Assembly (NCBI GenBank): GCA_963555755.3 | Contig: OY820905.2 | Location: 3,392,001-3,456,000 of the forward strand | From: Nitrospirales bacterium | GTDB taxonomy: Bacteria > Nitrospirota > Nitrospiria > Nitrospirales > UBA8639 | Reading direction: 5' to 3' | DNA: 64,000 nt | Shown: one piece after another, positions 61,661 through 64,000 of the stretch | How the letters are laid out: every line of letters begins with the position of its first letter | Position numbering within the stretch: the stretch's first letter is position 1 | Translations under genes and position numbers: made by a program | Notes under the pieces: generated by a model | Database searches by the model: none | What the model was told of the DNA's origin: nothing | The model's input: only the letters and a program-made list of their open reading frames with translations

Positions 61661-62279
61661 AACCTAGAAACCGCAGGTGGATCACAAAAGCCCGCGCAAG
61701 CTCAAGGAGCCTGTCCAAGATTAGACGGATCTACTACGGGTGCGCTGGGTGTGGCCAGATCTTCCGATCCTTTTCGGGGAATGTTGAAAAAGGCCGCCAG
61801 CCGCGTTCTCGGGCTTTTGGTGTGCTCACGTACTCCGTGTACGCTCCGCGCGCCAAAAGCCCTGCGGCCTTGCTGGACAGCCTTTTTCAACCTTCCCCGT
61901 TTTCGTTGAATAGCCCTACTATTCGCCTCAAACGATCGAAACATCTGACTCAAACCAGCACCCTCTCGCAACGATCCCTAATCTCGGACAGGCTCCTAGG
62001 CGCACCTGGCACAATACAAAAATGTCTCATCACCACTAAGGGTTCGCGCAAGAATACCTTCCCCTGTTTGGGTGCTGAGACACCTGTCTGGCAAGGCGCG
62101 AGGACTGCGCATACTCCTCGTATGGAAAGGACGAGCAACGCCGCCAGACGGGATGGATCGACGCCCAAACAGGGGAAGGTATTCTTGCGCGAACCCTTAG
62201 GTGACCACGACTTTTTGTATTTCACCATGCACGCCAATATCTCACACGTCTTTTTTACGACCAACTGCCGTTCTAAGAT
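61661..62279. mobile_element. Nested MITE composite: family D containing family E (61707-61995, itself containing family A at 61775-61899) and family B (62040-62196)
   Basis: Removing the inserts restores the reverse complement of 32842-33008; E TIR GAGCCTGTCCAAGATTAG/CTAATCTCGGACAGGCTC. Confidence 0.88.
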
Positions 62280-62299
62280 GAATGAGGGGCCGGCGGTAA

Positions 62300-62329
62300 T
62301 TGACAGAATCTAGGGGAAATCCCTATAAT
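62300..62329 (+). promoter_or_regulatory. Consensus sigma70 promoter of the oxidoreductase operon
   Basis: TTGACA-18 bp-TATAAT. Confidence 0.7.
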
Positions 62330-62519
62330 AAATGGTTGTACTGCTTTTGGCGTATTCTGGGGCAAAAGGCTCATAATTGAAGCGGCATCTTAGCCTAAAT
62401 ATTTGTCATATTGGGGCTTTTTCGAGGTTGCGAAAAGTTGTCAAGCAGCATACAGTAGCTGGACAGAAGGCGATAATGAGGATATCTGTATTTATTTAAA
62501 GGATTGCGGAGAGTAATCA

Positions 62520-63134
62520 ATGTCGACATCATATCAGGTTTTGCGGGGTCCAGAGCATTTTCTTCCCCCAGCTGCAGCCAGTATGGGTATTCGTCTGCCG
62601 GATCCCGGACAAGCTCATATTCATGGGAAAATTGTCCCGGAAGAAGAGGCCTTGGAAGCTGCGGCTCGTCAGTTTTTATCAGCCAAAGTTCCCACGATTT
62701 TCCCAGGTCCCCTTGTCCTCTGGGCTTGGAATGACAAGGCAGCCAAAAAGGCCACGGCGATTAGATATTTATATGAGACATTGAAAGAATCCGTGACACC
62801 ATCCCAGAATGCCATGCTGATTCCCATGCCTGACTACCGGCCCAAATATCCGAAAATTGACCCTGAAGTCGAAATCAACCCCAATCATCCCAATCTCACC
62901 ATTTGGCATAACAAAATTGATGCGTGTATGTTCGTTGGGGTTCACTGCCACCAGGCGAATCTCTCTCTCAAAATTATTCGTGGAGGGACAGACTGTTATA
63001 CGATTGCTATGTGCGCAATGGCTGGCCATGAAGATGCGATGCTGTCTTTTCGCGACGCAACAGCCGAAAAGATCATGAGATTGGCTGATTGGGTAAAAAA
63101 ATTAAAAGGGTCAGTCGAGCCGCCTAAAGACTAA
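62520..63134 (+). CDS. forD: Delta subunit of five-subunit 2-oxoacid:ferredoxin oxidoreductase (probably 2-oxoglutarate, rTCA)
   Basis: PTIFPGPLVLW, PMPDYRPKYPKI.PE.EINPNHPNLTIWHN; precedes the alpha subunit as in Hydrogenobacter/Nitrospira-type operons; For vs Por assignment is from recalled similarity. Confidence 0.75.
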   Translation: MSTSYQVLRGPEHFLPPAAASMGIRLPDPGQAHIHGKIVPEEEALEAAARQFLSAKVPTIFPGPLVLWAWNDKAAKKATAIRYLYETLKESVTPSQNAMLIPMPDYRPKYPKIDPEVEINPNHPNLTIWHNKIDACMFVGVHCHQANLSLKIIRGGTDCYTIAMCAMAGHEDAMLSFRDATAEKIMRLADWVKKLKGSVEPPKD

Positions 63135-63259
63135 GGCTTGAGGGTTGAGAAGTCCCGATAAGGGAACTTCCCCATTTATTTAAGATTTTTAACTATGTAC
63201 AATAGCAGAGCAATGATGTTAAAAAAGCCAATTAGCCCTAATCTGAAGGAGGCGAAATC

Positions 63260-64000
63260 ATGGCCACTGAATCGTTAGTTGGAACAAAAAATAAAGTAGG
63301 TCAGACCATCACCGACGCATGGGAAATGATGCATAACTCCGAGCGTTCCCCATGTTTTTTCACGGGGAGTGAGGTCATCAAAGAAGCTATTCGACGAGCA
63401 AATGTCGATGTAATGATTGCCTATCCGATTACCCCGCAAAGCGAAGCGGCGGCCTTAATCGGAGAATTGTTTGCCGAAGGGTATATCGGAGATTACTTCC
63501 GAGGGGAACATGAGTTCGCGGTGATGTCGCAATGTGCGGGTGCGGCCTTTGGTGGCGCTCGAGTCTTTACGACGACCGCTGGTCCGGGAACCATGCGTGC
63601 CATGGAAAACTTCCCGATGTGGTCTGGAGCACGGCTCCCTATTCAGATGATTGTGACCTGCCGCGGTATTAATTCACCCCTCTCTATTCAACCAGACACC
63701 TTAGAAATCTCATATCTCTTAAACACTGGCATGCTGGTGTGGCATGCTGAAACGGCTCAAGATTTCTATGATTGGATTTTGAAAGGGTACATGGTTTCGG
63801 AAGAGCCGGATGTTCATTTGCCGCTGGCGCTCTGTTGTGATGGGTTCTTTGTAACTCATACCAAAGATATGGTGAATCTGACTCCCGCCGAAATGTGTCT
63901 CCCTCCGTATGATCCGTACCGGTCTCCCGTTCCGTGCATGGATATGGAATGTCCTCCCGTTCGGATGATGCGAGACCCATTTGTGATGAAGAGCAATTAC
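63260..64000 (+). CDS. forA: 2-oxoacid:ferredoxin oxidoreductase alpha subunit, runs off window
   Basis: AGGAGG RBS; IAYPITPQSE, RGEHEFAV, TTTAGPGT; absent from the ORF track because it has no stop in the window. Confidence 0.85.
   Translation, partial: MATESLVGTKNKVGQTITDAWEMMHNSERSPCFFTGSEVIKEAIRRANVDVMIAYPITPQSEAAALIGELFAEGYIGDYFRGEHEFAVMSQCAGAAFGGARVFTTTAGPGTMRAMENFPMWSGARLPIQMIVTCRGINSPLSIQPDTLEISYLLNTGMLVWHAETAQDFYDWILKGYMVSEEPDVHLPLALCCDGFFVTHTKDMVNLTPAEMCLPPYDPYRSPVPCMDMECPPVRMMRDPFVMKSNY

Noticed and set aside
62520..63134. CO dehydrogenase subunit
   Set aside because: Position directly before a YPITP-type alpha subunit indicates the delta subunit of a 2-oxoacid:ferredoxin oxidoreductase; no CODH genes are present

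Overview
Bacterial chromosomal window, most likely from a Nitrospirales/Nitrospiraceae nitrite oxidiser. This is inferred from the five-subunit-type 2-oxoacid:ferredoxin oxidoreductase delta/alpha genes, the USP-radical SAM cluster, the NorD-like VWA protein and the repeat families, and was not database-checked. A housekeeping backbone (ECF transporter, mdh, purE, nuoF-like/fdx/queD/folE, rarA, ABC-F, tRNA-Ala, gltX, tRNA-Gln, glnS, metF, der, metK-ahcY, forD/forA) is interrupted by four accessory zones. (1) 1-2660 is the edge of a defence island: a HATPase/STAS/PIN triad, a DUF2283 gene and 3'-end relics of type III R-M mod and res. (2) About 25640-29100 is a decayed islet at tRNA-Gln with serine recombinase, brxA and IS3 relics. 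Its one intact unit is a sigma28-like promoter, a c-di-GMP-I (GEMM) riboswitch and an orphan FliD/flagellin-like gene. (3) 46300-50780 holds cassette-like genes between short palindromes and a vapBC module flanked by a diverged duplicate of the der 3' end. (4) 56541-58444 is a complete ISAs1-family element with a DUF4338 domain and a likely -1 frameshift. Intergenic DNA is dense with MITE/REP-like families. Several share one internal core under different termini, nest inside each other, supply stop codons, or sit in-frame inside a gene. All calls were made by eye from motifs; no searches were run.
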